64,000 bases of DNA, taken from an uncultured virus (IMG/VR IMGVR_UViG_3300032282_004613) (Duplodnaviria > Heunggongvirae > Uroviricota > Caudoviricetes). The notes under the pieces are model-generated. The model was given only the letters and a program-made list of their open reading frames with translations, did not search any database and was not told the origin of the DNA. The stretch lies in the IMG/VR virus record IMGVR_UViG_3300032282_004613. One strand, given 5' to 3'. The translations under genes were made by a program, and so were the position numbers. This document shows positions 19,911-29,965 of this stretch, piece by piece (the first letter of the stretch is position 1; each line of letters opens with the position of its first letter).

Positions 19911-21014
19911 ATGAGGAAAATAATAATAACAGAATCTCAGTTAAAAAGAATTATTGAGGATAAAAAAGTTAAAAAAGGTTCACCGGAAGAACTGGTAGAT
20001 CTATTAAAGTTTTTACCTGTTAATGATACGGCACAATATATTTCAGAGGAGGTATATTTGGATTTGGTAAATTATTATGAAAATGATATTGAACCAAATA
20101 GTAGGGTGATAACATTTCATCCTGAAGAAGAATGTTTAAAACCATATGAATTGGAAATAAATTTTAAATCTTCAGGTAGTGGTACTGGTATTGGATATGC
20201 GGACGATTCATATATTGATGTCAAATACGTTAGAAAAGAATCTCTCGAATATAGAAATAATCCTCGCATGAGTAACACAATTAAAAAAGATATATATCAT
20301 ATTGTTAAACATGAATGTAGTCATTTCTATTTGACGCAAAGAGGTGTTGAATCTTGTTTATACCACACACATCCTGACGGGATGAAGAAATATTATCAAG
20401 ATAGACAAGAGATGGTACTACATAGTAGAGAGATGTTTGAGCGCTTCACTGAGGATTTCCCTAAGTGGCGAACTTATGATTTGGAAACGATAGCAAAAAG
20501 GTTGGAACACAGGGTTAAACATTTGCAATCTCATACGAGCATTTATTATCCGTTCAACGCAGGAACCCAGAAGAAGTACTTAAGTTTTATTATGAATCAC
20601 TATGTTAAACCAGAGTTAGCAACATCTATTAATGAAGATTTTAAAGATGTTGAAAAAGAAGATAACACTGAATATTTTGACTGGGAATTAGAGTTATGGG
20701 ATTTTGGTAGCCGTTCAGGTACGTTTACTATTACTATGTTTGAGGGAGACGATGAGGAGTACAACTATGAAACAGCAAAAATATTTGAGATAGATTTTAA
20801 ATATTCGACAGCCCCTTATGAAGCCCCGTCAAGTGATTATCCTGGATACGGAGGTGGTGTTGAGGAATGGTACGTAACTGGTATTAGATTGGTTCAACCA
20901 GAAAAAAAAGAATTGGAGGTGTCATTTGCGGATCTGTTTACCGAGAACCCTAAAATTAGTGAAGCAATGAATGATGCGATTGCTGACGCATATAATAGTT
21001 ATGATTCATGGTAA
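19911..21014 (+). CDS. HExxH metallopeptidase-like protein with ITESQ leader
   Basis: KHECSH...YY...QE. Confidence 0.65.
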   Translation: MRKIIITESQLKRIIEDKKVKKGSPEELVDLLKFLPVNDTAQYISEEVYLDLVNYYENDIEPNSRVITFHPEEECLKPYELEINFKSSGSGTGIGYADDSYIDVKYVRKESLEYRNNPRMSNTIKKDIYHIVKHECSHFYLTQRGVESCLYHTHPDGMKKYYQDRQEMVLHSREMFERFTEDFPKWRTYDLETIAKRLEHRVKHLQSHTSIYYPFNAGTQKKYLSFIMNHYVKPELATSINEDFKDVEKEDNTEYFDWELELWDFGSRSGTFTITMFEGDDEEYNYETAKIFEIDFKYSTAPYEAPSSDYPGYGGGVEEWYVTGIRLVQPEKKELEVSFADLFTENPKISEAMNDAIADAYNSYDSW

Positions 21015-21571
21015 AACTTAACGAACAAATATTGAGAATTAAAACAATGATGGGGTTAAATGAAAACAACATCCTTCAATCCGCGTTAAAAAAAATGGAT
21101 AACGGAATTCCTTATTCTTATTTAGATGCTAAGGAACGTATGAGTTTAGATATTATGGTAAACCATACAGAAAATATTGATTTACACAAGTTTTATCGTG
21201 ACAGAGGTAACACCTTTGGTCATGTGGATACAAAAGTTAGAGTTAAATCAGTCGGTGACCAAATGATAAGTTCTGAAAGAGATAGAAAAAATGCGGGTAG
21301 AATTGGTTGGCTAATGCCATATTACAATATTGAAGATGACACCAACCGTCCTTGGGTAACTGTTTGGACTGAAGATAAGATTGAAGACAAAAGAAATATA
21401 ATGGGTTACTATTATGATACTATAAACGTGTATTTACATAATTTAGAACTTATCGAAGTTGGTGATCAAAATACAAAATATTTTGAGTATGACCTAGAGA
21501 AAAAAAGAAAAGAAGGTTTTTGGATTAAAAATAAAATGGGTAAAAATAATACAGATGAAACAAACACTTAA
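21008..21571 (+). CDS. hypothetical protein with LNEQILRIKTMM leader
   Basis: ORF track; overlapping-gene operon. Confidence 0.75.
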   Translation: MVKLNEQILRIKTMMGLNENNILQSALKKMDNGIPYSYLDAKERMSLDIMVNHTENIDLHKFYRDRGNTFGHVDTKVRVKSVGDQMISSERDRKNAGRIGWLMPYYNIEDDTNRPWVTVWTEDKIEDKRNIMGYYYDTINVYLHNLELIEVGDQNTKYFEYDLEKKRKEGFWIKNKMGKNNTDETNT

Positions 21572-22094
21572 CGAAGAAATCGGTAGAATAAAACAAATGA
21601 TGAATCTAAATGAGGATGATTCACAACAAATGGCAGTGTTGCAACAAGCAACGCAAGAATTTAATGAAAAGGCGGAAGAAGATCTTACACCCGAAGAATT
21701 ACAAGAGGTGGCGTGTACTGACCCCGATACTATTGAGGCACCTCAAGAAGCCACTAATGAACAAAAACAAATGTTGCAGGAATTTAAAAAAGCAGTAAAA
21801 ACCGCTAAAGCAAACAGAGATATTCTGGGTTTAAAAAAAGTAAAAAATGATTTAAAGGAATTTAAGAACAAATATAAACAAGCACAAAACGAACAAGTTG
21901 CAGAAACTGCTCTTATTAGTTTCTTGGGTGTTAGTATGCCACCCGCTTTTGCAATGGTTATTGGTGGAATTATGTTGATTATTGTGTTGAACGTTTTACT
22001 TTCACTATTCGGTATTGGTCTTGTTAAAACCATAACTTATTGGTGTACTGGTAAACGAACAACAGGTTACGGATTAAGATTTGGTAGAAATTAA
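21555..22094 (+). CDS. membrane-anchored protein with LNEEIGRIKQMM leader
   Basis: paralogous to the C-terminus of 7851-9152. Confidence 0.75.
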   Translation: MKQTLNEEIGRIKQMMNLNEDDSQQMAVLQQATQEFNEKAEEDLTPEELQEVACTDPDTIEAPQEATNEQKQMLQEFKKAVKTAKANRDILGLKKVKNDLKEFKNKYKQAQNEQVAETALISFLGVSMPPAFAMVIGGIMLIIVLNVLLSLFGIGLVKTITYWCTGKRTTGYGLRFGRN

Positions 22095-22101
22095 ATAAAA
22101 T

Positions 22102-22518
22102 ATGAAATTATTTGAACTTATAAACGAAGCGAAAGACCCAAAGATTAAATGTAATCATTGTGATTGGTCATGGAAGACATCTGAGGGTGGGAAAGATAAA
22201 TATCTTTGTCACAAGTGTGGTCATGATAATACCCCAAATTCATTTGATGAGTTCGCTGAAACGAGAATGAAGGGGGCGAACAAGATTGCTACTAGCGCAA
22301 AAGAGAAGGGTGGTGCAGCCATGTTAACGTATCACCATTTTCATGTTAAAAATCCTTATTACAAGAAAGCAGCAGAGGGTAAATTTGATCTTTCTGCAGC
22401 CAAAAAAGAATTTAAAGAATGTGTTAAAGAATTGTCTTCAGATATGGACCAGATTGCTTTCCAAAAATTGGTGGGTAGGATTGAGGTTTTAGGTGAATTA
22501 ATTATTAAACACAGATAA
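22102..22518 (+). CDS. zinc-ribbon protein
   Basis: CNHC...CHKC. Confidence 0.7.
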   Translation: MKLFELINEAKDPKIKCNHCDWSWKTSEGGKDKYLCHKCGHDNTPNSFDEFAETRMKGANKIATSAKEKGGAAMLTYHHFHVKNPYYKKAAEGKFDLSAAKKEFKECVKELSSDMDQIAFQKLVGRIEVLGELIIKHR

Positions 22519-22525
22519 AGATACC

Positions 22526-22608
22526 TCGGGTTTGAAGACCCGACTTAGGACCGGGACTAGTTACTAATCCCGTTGGGGTGTGAATTCGCTACTCACATCC
22601 CTTTTTTT
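22526..22608 (+). ncRNA. three-hairpin element ending in a terminator
   Basis: TCGGGT/ACCCGA, CGGGA/TCCCG and GGGGTGTGA/TCACATCCC plus T7. Confidence 0.45.
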
Positions 22609-22635
22609 GTATATTTATATAAAAAGATTTTTTAA

Positions 22636-23028
22636 ATGAGAGTAGATAATTTAATAAAAAGGTTGCAATGGGCTCAGAGTATGAATATTCGATACGCTAA
22701 TGTTGCGACGGACCCAATTACTGGATTCCACATTCTCACAGGCGTAACTGCTGATGGAGAGGTAAAACAAATTTACCCAATGTCTGATGAAGAAAAAGAA
22801 CAACAAAAAGCATTAAAACCTGTAAGCAATAAACCTAAAAAAGAAACTCCACCAGTAAGAAGATACCCAAGACCTAGTGACGGTGAAGATATGCCAGATG
22901 CAGCAAGTGACGCATATGATTTATATATGGGTTATGAAAGAGGCCGCTCAGGTTCTTATAATGAATATGACGATGATTTATTTGAATCAGTTAAAAAAAT
23001 TAAAGAGCAATTTAAAAGATTCTTATAA
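22636..23028 (+). CDS. hypothetical protein with C-terminal LFESVKKIKEQF motif
   Basis: ORF track. Confidence 0.7.
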   Translation: MRVDNLIKRLQWAQSMNIRYANVATDPITGFHILTGVTADGEVKQIYPMSDEEKEQQKALKPVSNKPKKETPPVRRYPRPSDGEDMPDAASDAYDLYMGYERGRSGSYNEYDDDLFESVKKIKEQFKRFL

Positions 23029-23031
23029 TCC

Positions 23032-23403
23032 ATGAAGTTAATCATAACAGAAAGTCAACTAAAAAGAGTTCTATCAGAACAACAAACACAAAATTCTAAC
23101 CTAACATCCGTAGAACAAACTATGTTAGGGTTCCTTGCTAGATTTCTTCATGGAGAAAAGGGTGAGGTTGAAAATACACCAAGTAATGACCTTAAAAAAA
23201 TATTTAAATTTAACGATGAAAGGGTGTACCCAATGGTTAAAAATTTATTAGATAAAAAGAATACTGGTAAAAAAACATATAACGATAATGAATTTAAGGC
23301 CATGTTTATGGCGATGGATAAAAATATCACACAGGATCAAAAATATGACTTTTATATAGAGGGCGGAAAAATAACAAACGTAGAATATCACGCACAATAT
23401 TAA
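23032..23403 (+). CDS. hypothetical protein with MKLIITESQ leader
   Basis: ORF track. Confidence 0.75.
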   Translation: MKLIITESQLKRVLSEQQTQNSNLTSVEQTMLGFLARFLHGEKGEVENTPSNDLKKIFKFNDERVYPMVKNLLDKKNTGKKTYNDNEFKAMFMAMDKNITQDQKYDFYIEGGKITNVEYHAQY

Positions 23404-23414
23404 CAACAAACAAC

Positions 23415-23783
23415 ATGGTAATAAAATTAACAGAAAAAGAATTATTAAACATTGTAAAACGTGTCATCAAAGAAAGAGTGATTGAAAAAGAGGGTGAAAT
23501 GTTTGATGACGCATACACTAGTGGCGAAGATGATAATCATGACAATAAAGAAGAAGAAATTATCGATTACGATTCTGAAGAAAACGAAGATGATTGGGAA
23601 AATATGCAAAAGCATGATAGATTAAAGTCGAGCCAAAAAAATAAAAACGCAGCAAACATACAATATGGTAGGATGGAATGGAGAAAAGAATATGAAAAAC
23701 CTTGGTCGCCAATTAAATCAAGTGACATGTCTTTAGAAAAATATCTTACTAGTAAAAAACAGAAGAGGGATGAAAATAAATAA
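23415..23783 (+). CDS. acidic protein with IKLTEKEL leader
   Basis: ORF track. Confidence 0.75.
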   Translation: MVIKLTEKELLNIVKRVIKERVIEKEGEMFDDAYTSGEDDNHDNKEEEIIDYDSEENEDDWENMQKHDRLKSSQKNKNAANIQYGRMEWRKEYEKPWSPIKSSDMSLEKYLTSKKQKRDENK

Positions 23784-24249
23784 ATTATCCAATTCGGATA
23801 TTATTAATGTGGTAAAAAAAGTAATCAGGGAAAACGAAGATGCTTTCTCTCCAGATTACTTTATCCAAAGAATGATGGGTCGTTTAAATTATGTTGATTT
23901 TGCGCAAGAAACATTATTTTGGGGTGAGTATGTTGAAAAACCAAAATACACTATAGTAATTAATTTGGACCCCGTTAATTTTTGGATTCATCCAGATATA
24001 TTAGAAGCAATTTCAATAGGATTAAATACAAATATTGAAGTAGCAATTAAGATGGTTAAAAATTGGTTTTCAAGAACGCATATATTCAATGAAAAAAGTT
24101 TAGAAACATTAAAAAGAAGATTCTATGAAAGTTTATACAGAAGAATGAGGAGTCAAGGTAATGTTGATACCGATAGCGATGAATTTAGAAATATGTGTGA
24201 GGAATACTTTGAAGAAGGAATTAATAGAATAAAAAAAGCATTAGCATGA
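23770..24249 (+). CDS. hypothetical protein with leader
   Basis: SDIINVVKKVIRE; weak similarity to 19389-19910. Confidence 0.7.
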   Translation: MKINKLSNSDIINVVKKVIRENEDAFSPDYFIQRMMGRLNYVDFAQETLFWGEYVEKPKYTIVINLDPVNFWIHPDILEAISIGLNTNIEVAIKMVKNWFSRTHIFNEKSLETLKRRFYESLYRRMRSQGNVDTDSDEFRNMCEEYFEEGINRIKKALA

Positions 24250-24851
24250 TGAAATTAATAAAAATATACGAATCAATAAATGGGGTAAGAGGAAAAATAA
24301 GCGGATCATATGATATACCTACTGGCGATTGTGACTCTGCTCATGATTTTTTAAAACATGGTATGGGGGAACAAGTTGGTAATGGGCTTGAGGAAGTTTA
24401 TAAAAGTGGGGGCAAACCAATCGTTACAGATGTTACAGTAACTGTTGATTATGGTAAAGGGTCGTCAAACATTAAAGTTAGTTGGGTAGTATCTATTGGT
24501 GAGAGTAGTGACGGCAAAGCGTGGTTAGGTTTTACAACAAGAGGTTCTGGTTGTGGTGATGAAATAGAACTTAGAGCAGGTAATGATTCCGCACCATACA
24601 AAAATGGAATACAAAATGTTAAATCAAGAGTTATTGAAAAATATAACGAACCAAACACGGAAGTAAAACAATTAGAAAAAACGTACACATATACTGATCC
24701 AGTTAATCCAAAAAAAATTGATGGTAAAGATAGTTATTCTTTTAAACAATTTTGGTATGTTTACACTAAACCGAATAGAGAAAAACAACTAGGCGGCGGG
24801 TCCAGTTTAAAACCTAATTCAACTATTACAGTTGACGACCTAAATTTCTAA
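24246..24851 (+). CDS. hypothetical protein, C-terminal TVDDLNF
   Basis: ORF track. Confidence 0.7.
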   Translation: MMKLIKIYESINGVRGKISGSYDIPTGDCDSAHDFLKHGMGEQVGNGLEEVYKSGGKPIVTDVTVTVDYGKGSSNIKVSWVVSIGESSDGKAWLGFTTRGSGCGDEIELRAGNDSAPYKNGIQNVKSRVIEKYNEPNTEVKQLEKTYTYTDPVNPKKIDGKDSYSFKQFWYVYTKPNREKQLGGGSSLKPNSTITVDDLNF

Positions 24852-26707
24852 TCTAATAATTTTTTAATTTTAATTGCGTTTTCAAACATGTCGTAGTTAG
24901 TTGCGTAACCCATTAGATTTTCAACTTTAACATAACCTGTATGTGTTTTGTTTTTTTCTTTATTAACGAAGTTTATTGATACACCTTTATCACAATCAAA
25001 GTAATTTATCCAAGGGTTATGAACATTAACTAGCACATGTTCGTTTTCAAAAACCCATGAATTAGTTCTAAGTTTAAAGTTTTTTTCTAAAATATTTTTA
25101 AGTTCTATTTTTTTATTTTGACATTCTGTTCCATCGTCAGTACTTAAATTTTCACTTAAGTCATCAAAAAAACTATCAATATGTGGTAACATTTGTTCAA
25201 TGCTTGGATATACCCAGTCATATTCGGGCCAGTCCCATATTTCAGTTGGTAATCTATAATGTTCTATGTAATTATCTATAACAGTATTTAAATCAATACC
25301 TTCCTCGTCATTTATATTAGTTACGTTTGTTTTTAATAAAAATAAAACGAAATCAAACTTGTTAATGGTAACATCTTTTGTCCCCCAAGCACTGCCAAAA
25401 CTAATATATCTTGTTATTTCATCTATCTCAGATTGCATCGCCCCTTCGTAATTTGCTGCGGTTGCTTCAGTGTAAAATTCTTTATATTTTTCTTTCACCG
25501 TATCGTTGTCATAAAGTTGAAAACCATAGGTTTCTTGAAACGTGTTAAAATTTTCTGCAGCAGAGCCAAATTTGGATTTTAATTTATCAACATTTTTTGA
25601 ATAATAATCTTCCAAATAACTATCTAACTCTTCACTCCAATCGGCACCATCTAAGTTTTCATTAACATATTCCCAAGACGAATCTTTACTATGTTCATAA
25701 CCACGAATTGAATCGTCAACACCGTCCATATTAGCAGATGTATTACGTAACTCGAACACGATTTCTGAATCTCGAAAAAGTATATCAACTAAATTACTAG
25801 AGTTAATATGTTTTAAATACTCTTCATTTCCAAATCTAGGGCCAGTAGATATTATAAATTTAGCCAAAGGGTTTGCAGACATATCATCAGAAAAATTACT
25901 AGCAATGTATTTTTCAAATAGTATATTACTTTTTTCTTTTGTTATGATTTTTGAATGAACTAATTCTTTTTCAATATCGTTAGCACTTACTTCATTAGAA
26001 AATAATGAAGGGAAGAAATATTGTTCTAGTTCAGGATTTTTTTCTAAAAAAACTACTGTGTTGATTGTTTTATCTGAAGGGTCCATATATTGATCACTTT
26101 CAAAATGAAATTGATATTTCTCATTCTCGTTTGATTTATTTATAATAATATAAAGAGGGCCTCGGACATTATGTTTATTAAAGTGGTTTGTTCTATCTTT
26201 ATGTGCTGGATTTAACGAAAGGTGGCCCCAGGTCGTGCACCAGTCAGTACTAACACCAAGATATGACGCCGCTTTTTGATTTCTAGGTATAAATATTAAC
26301 CAATTTTTCCCATCATGTACTTTTTTATATTCGTTCTCATTTAACATTGGTAATATCACCGATAATGACCTTGTTGATTCAGCCATTTTACCTTTAACAA
26401 TATCATATAAATCTGATAACTCATTAACGCCTTCTGGCATTGGAATATTATATGTATACAAATAACCTAAATATTCTTTCGCTCTTGGTAGATCTTCTAA
26501 TTTTAAAGTATTTTTTCTATACATGTTTAAAAGAACTTTTGAATATCTCCCAACCTTTACTATTTTTCCGTTTGATATTTTACTTTTTGGTTCTGCAGAT
26601 ACTATTCTAATGTATGTAGATGGTTCAATATCTGAATAATATTTTTTCTGAATTTCTTCTGGACTAATCTCATTTAAGAGTTCTTCTAATAATATATTAA
26701 AGTTCAT
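24848..26707 (-). CDS. large protein with a 'TDWCT...EKYQFH' domain
   Basis: domain shared with 28265-29449. Confidence 0.75.
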   Translation of the reverse strand: MNFNILLEELLNEISPEEIQKKYYSDIEPSTYIRIVSAEPKSKISNGKIVKVGRYSKVLLNMYRKNTLKLEDLPRAKEYLGYLYTYNIPMPEGVNELSDLYDIVKGKMAESTRSLSVILPMLNENEYKKVHDGKNWLIFIPRNQKAASYLGVSTDWCTTWGHLSLNPAHKDRTNHFNKHNVRGPLYIIINKSNENEKYQFHFESDQYMDPSDKTINTVVFLEKNPELEQYFFPSLFSNEVSANDIEKELVHSKIITKEKSNILFEKYIASNFSDDMSANPLAKFIISTGPRFGNEEYLKHINSSNLVDILFRDSEIVFELRNTSANMDGVDDSIRGYEHSKDSSWEYVNENLDGADWSEELDSYLEDYYSKNVDKLKSKFGSAAENFNTFQETYGFQLYDNDTVKEKYKEFYTEATAANYEGAMQSEIDEITRYISFGSAWGTKDVTINKFDFVLFLLKTNVTNINDEEGIDLNTVIDNYIEHYRLPTEIWDWPEYDWVYPSIEQMLPHIDSFFDDLSENLSTDDGTECQNKKIELKNILEKNFKLRTNSWVFENEHVLVNVHNPWINYFDCDKGVSINFVNKEKNKTHTGYVKVENLMGYATNYDMFENAIKIKKLLD

Positions 26708-28271
26708 TTAAATTATCTTTTAAAATATCGTTAAAGTTAACACGATCAATATCTGGTGTCCATCTATCATCCGTATCAAACTTTGGTTTATCTTCGTAAT
26801 AATGTCCCATTATTTGACTAAATATACATGAAGGGTCATCTTCGCACGCTTCAGAAAATTGATCAAGAATTTCATCTTCAACATCAAAATCATTAATAAT
26901 GACATCTAAATTAACTTCTATTTCAACACCATCATCATTCATGTTTACTACCTGACCATATTTTTCTAAACATTCTTTTAAGGTATCATGTAAATAATCG
27001 TAATAACTATTTGCTTCAGCGTCTGACACTGATCTACGAAGCATATCAATAATCACCTCATATGTATCATATTCTTCAATCGCAGAAGTTAATGGTAAAC
27101 TATCATCAATAGCATTGTCTCCAGCAAATTTTCTAACTAATTGCCAAATAAACTCACTATTTTCATCGTTAATATAATAATCAATAACATTGTGCCAATC
27201 ACTATCATAATATTCGGTATTCCACAACTCCCAAATATCACCACTTAATATTGTTTCAAAAATATCAACATTAATACTATTTCCAGCAGCATTTTTACGC
27301 TTACTTACTGTCCACCCTCCTTTAACATAATCATCAATATTGTTAGGTTTAATAAATAAAGTAAACTCAACATTTCTCGCTGGGGTTTCAATTATACCTA
27401 AACTCTGTAATAGTTTTTGTTCTTTTCTTCCGTGAAATAAATCTTTTCTTTTTTCATATAAATCAGTGACTTGTTCTTTAGTTAAATCACTTAATTTAAA
27501 ATCATTTTTACTATCATACTCATACCCAAATTCCGTGATTAAAAAATGACCCTCTTCTTTGTTATATAAAGAAAATAATGGTAAAATATATTCATGGAAC
27601 TTATCGTCTGGTTTTGAATTTTTTACACCTTTTAGTTGTAATAATGAACCATCCTGAATTGATGCCGTTAAATAACTTCTATTTAACGTATGTTCTCCTC
27701 CAGGTATTTTTTTATATTCTCTAAAAGAATATAGTTGGCCGCTAGATCTTGCACAGTGACCCATTCTTTCTGCTTCTTCAGAACAACTATTGGTCGCTAA
27801 ATCAACCCAATAAAAATTTGAATCTCCTTTTTCAAACTTTAATAATATTTTATTTTTTTCATCGTAATCTATTTTTGAATCACCAATACTCAAAGAATCG
27901 TGCCATTCTAATGATTTACTATATAAATCAGAAAATGATAAATTTTCATATGGTTTTATATTACCATTTAATCCAACTCTAAACCAGTCCATTATACCTC
28001 TAACCTTACCTCTTTCGTAAATAAAACTATTTGAACCATTAACTAAAGAAAACCTATCTTGTAAACTTCTACCTTTGGGTGGTATACCATTTTCATAATA
28101 ATCCTTTTCATAATGTTGCAATATTTTATTCGCTAAAAATATTGTTAATGGCCCAGCAATATCTGCCAACGCTTCAGCATTATGTGGATTTACACCAAAT
28201 TTATTTATTAAGACGTCAACTTTACTTGCTTCTAATAATACTGATTCTAATATATTTTTAAAATTTACCAT
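26697..28271 (-). CDS. large protein with a PcfJ-like 'EEAERMGHC' domain
   Basis: domain shared with 33293-34498. Confidence 0.7.
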   Translation of the reverse strand: MVNFKNILESVLLEASKVDVLINKFGVNPHNAEALADIAGPLTIFLANKILQHYEKDYYENGIPPKGRSLQDRFSLVNGSNSFIYERGKVRGIMDWFRVGLNGNIKPYENLSFSDLYSKSLEWHDSLSIGDSKIDYDEKNKILLKFEKGDSNFYWVDLATNSCSEEAERMGHCARSSGQLYSFREYKKIPGGEHTLNRSYLTASIQDGSLLQLKGVKNSKPDDKFHEYILPLFSLYNKEEGHFLITEFGYEYDSKNDFKLSDLTKEQVTDLYEKRKDLFHGRKEQKLLQSLGIIETPARNVEFTLFIKPNNIDDYVKGGWTVSKRKNAAGNSINVDIFETILSGDIWELWNTEYYDSDWHNVIDYYINDENSEFIWQLVRKFAGDNAIDDSLPLTSAIEEYDTYEVIIDMLRRSVSDAEANSYYDYLHDTLKECLEKYGQVVNMNDDGVEIEVNLDVIINDFDVEDEILDQFSEACEDDPSCIFSQIMGHYYEDKPKFDTDDRWTPDIDRVNFNDILKDNLNEL

Positions 28272-29449
28272 TCAAAATCTGGGTTTGTTTTTTTAATTTC
28301 TCTAATTACAATACCCACAAGAATACATTCTTCAATACCTTTGTGTATCATACCACTGAAATGTTGATCGCTATATTCTTCCCATTCCCATGTGCTAGTC
28401 ATGTCTTCAGATTTTTCCATAAGATCATTTAAATCAAACCCTAAAACATTTACACAGTAATCATAAATTTCTGGTTCTCTTAATTCTATTAATGATTTGC
28501 TAGATTCTACTAGGAATTCTTTTTCATGTTTAATCGTCACCTCATTAGCGATTGTTTCATATGCGTGATCTTTAATATGGTCATAAAGATTATTTATTTC
28601 GTTACGTAATTCATTAAACAATGCGTCCCTGCTTTGATCTTTTTTTAATACGGTGTGAATTTCTTCCATAAAATTTTTAACCAATGTCTTAATTTCTGGT
28701 ATTGAGTGTAAAATATCACACATTTTAAACCACGGTACAATTGTCTCATAATCTGGAATGTTTCTAACTAACATTTGATCATCGAATTTATCAGCCAATT
28801 GCATTTCCTGAGCGTGAAATTGATATTTTTCTGTTGGATCAACCTTTGATATGAAAATAAAAAGTTCATCCATCTTTATATAATTTTCAAATTGATCGCT
28901 ACCTTTTGTACACCAATCCGTGCCACTTGCAAAATACTTTGATGCTGGATATAAATCAAATCTACCTTTTGGTAATTTATATACATTAAAAGTTTTTGTT
29001 TCGCCAATTTTAAAAGTATCTTCGTAAACAACCTTCTTTTGTTTTCCTTTAGTAAGTTCTAAGTAATCTGTGTTATCTTTAACATGTGCACCATCGCTAT
29101 TAAAATCTTCAGCAGTTGGGTACTTTAAAATATCAACATGTCTAAATTTATTCGGTATTCTATTGTGTAATTCTAGATTACTTTTAATTTTATATGCTAA
29201 GTCCTCGAAAAATAATCTATAATTTATTTCATTTCGTCTTTTGTCTATATCTCTAGTTACCGGTTTTTTATATTGTAAAACCCATTTAATTAATACCTGT
29301 AAGTATTTTTTATTTGGGGTTGGGTCATTGTCTAAAAGTGTATTAAATTCCTTCTCTGTTAGTTTTTTTTGACCAACAGATTGATTTTTAAGGAAATCTA
29401 TTCTACTTTCCTCTACCAGTAAACTTTCAATAATATCTTTAAAAATCAT
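28265..29449 (-). CDS. protein with a 'TDWCT...EKYQFH' domain
   Basis: DPTPNKKY, TDWCT and EKYQFH motifs. Confidence 0.75.
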   Translation of the reverse strand: MIFKDIIESLLVEESRIDFLKNQSVGQKKLTEKEFNTLLDNDPTPNKKYLQVLIKWVLQYKKPVTRDIDKRRNEINYRLFFEDLAYKIKSNLELHNRIPNKFRHVDILKYPTAEDFNSDGAHVKDNTDYLELTKGKQKKVVYEDTFKIGETKTFNVYKLPKGRFDLYPASKYFASGTDWCTKGSDQFENYIKMDELFIFISKVDPTEKYQFHAQEMQLADKFDDQMLVRNIPDYETIVPWFKMCDILHSIPEIKTLVKNFMEEIHTVLKKDQSRDALFNELRNEINNLYDHIKDHAYETIANEVTIKHEKEFLVESSKSLIELREPEIYDYCVNVLGFDLNDLMEKSEDMTSTWEWEEYSDQHFSGMIHKGIEECILVGIVIREIKKTNPDFEW

Positions 29450-29927
29450 TTAAATAATTGGTTAATAGTGGCATCATTTTCTTTAGCGTTAGGGGTGATA
29501 CAACCCAGTTTATGTCAGCATTAACCTCATCTGGTAATTTATCAAGTACTCGATTTACATCAGTATTCATAAAATGTTTAACTCCTTTAATTGCAAAATA
29601 GACAATATCGTCAAAATTTAACTCACTAGCCATACCCATTATTATATCAACTTTAGTGTCATCATCTAAATTTTGTACACCTTTATATGGAAAAATAGAA
29701 TCATCTAAACCCTTGGCTAATTCAATTATTTCGTGACATTGGTCCTCCATAAAACATTTTCTTGCAACTATCCATATGTCATCACTTGACATTCCGCTAC
29801 CAAAATCGTATGTTCTAGCAAGGTTTGTACCATATTTTTCATCAAAAAATCTAGCAGGTTTGAAGTTTTCATTTGCAGTATTTTCTAACAAAATTTGGTA
29901 TTGTGACTCAGTTAGGAGAATATTCAT
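29439..29927 (-). CDS. hypothetical protein with LLTESQ leader
   Basis: ORF track. Confidence 0.75.
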   Translation of the reverse strand: MNILLTESQYQILLENTANENFKPARFFDEKYGTNLARTYDFGSGMSSDDIWIVARKCFMEDQCHEIIELAKGLDDSIFPYKGVQNLDDDTKVDIIMGMASELNFDDIVYFAIKGVKHFMNTDVNRVLDKLPDEVNADINWVVSPLTLKKMMPLLTNYLNDF

Positions 29928-29931
29928 AACT

Positions 29932-29945
29932 TATAAATATTTATA
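29932..29945. promoter_or_regulatory. palindromic bidirectional late-promoter-like motif TATAAATATTTATA
   Basis: gives TATTTATA on both strands between divergent genes. Confidence 0.65.
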
Positions 29946-29965
29946 GAAACAATAGTATTCAATAT

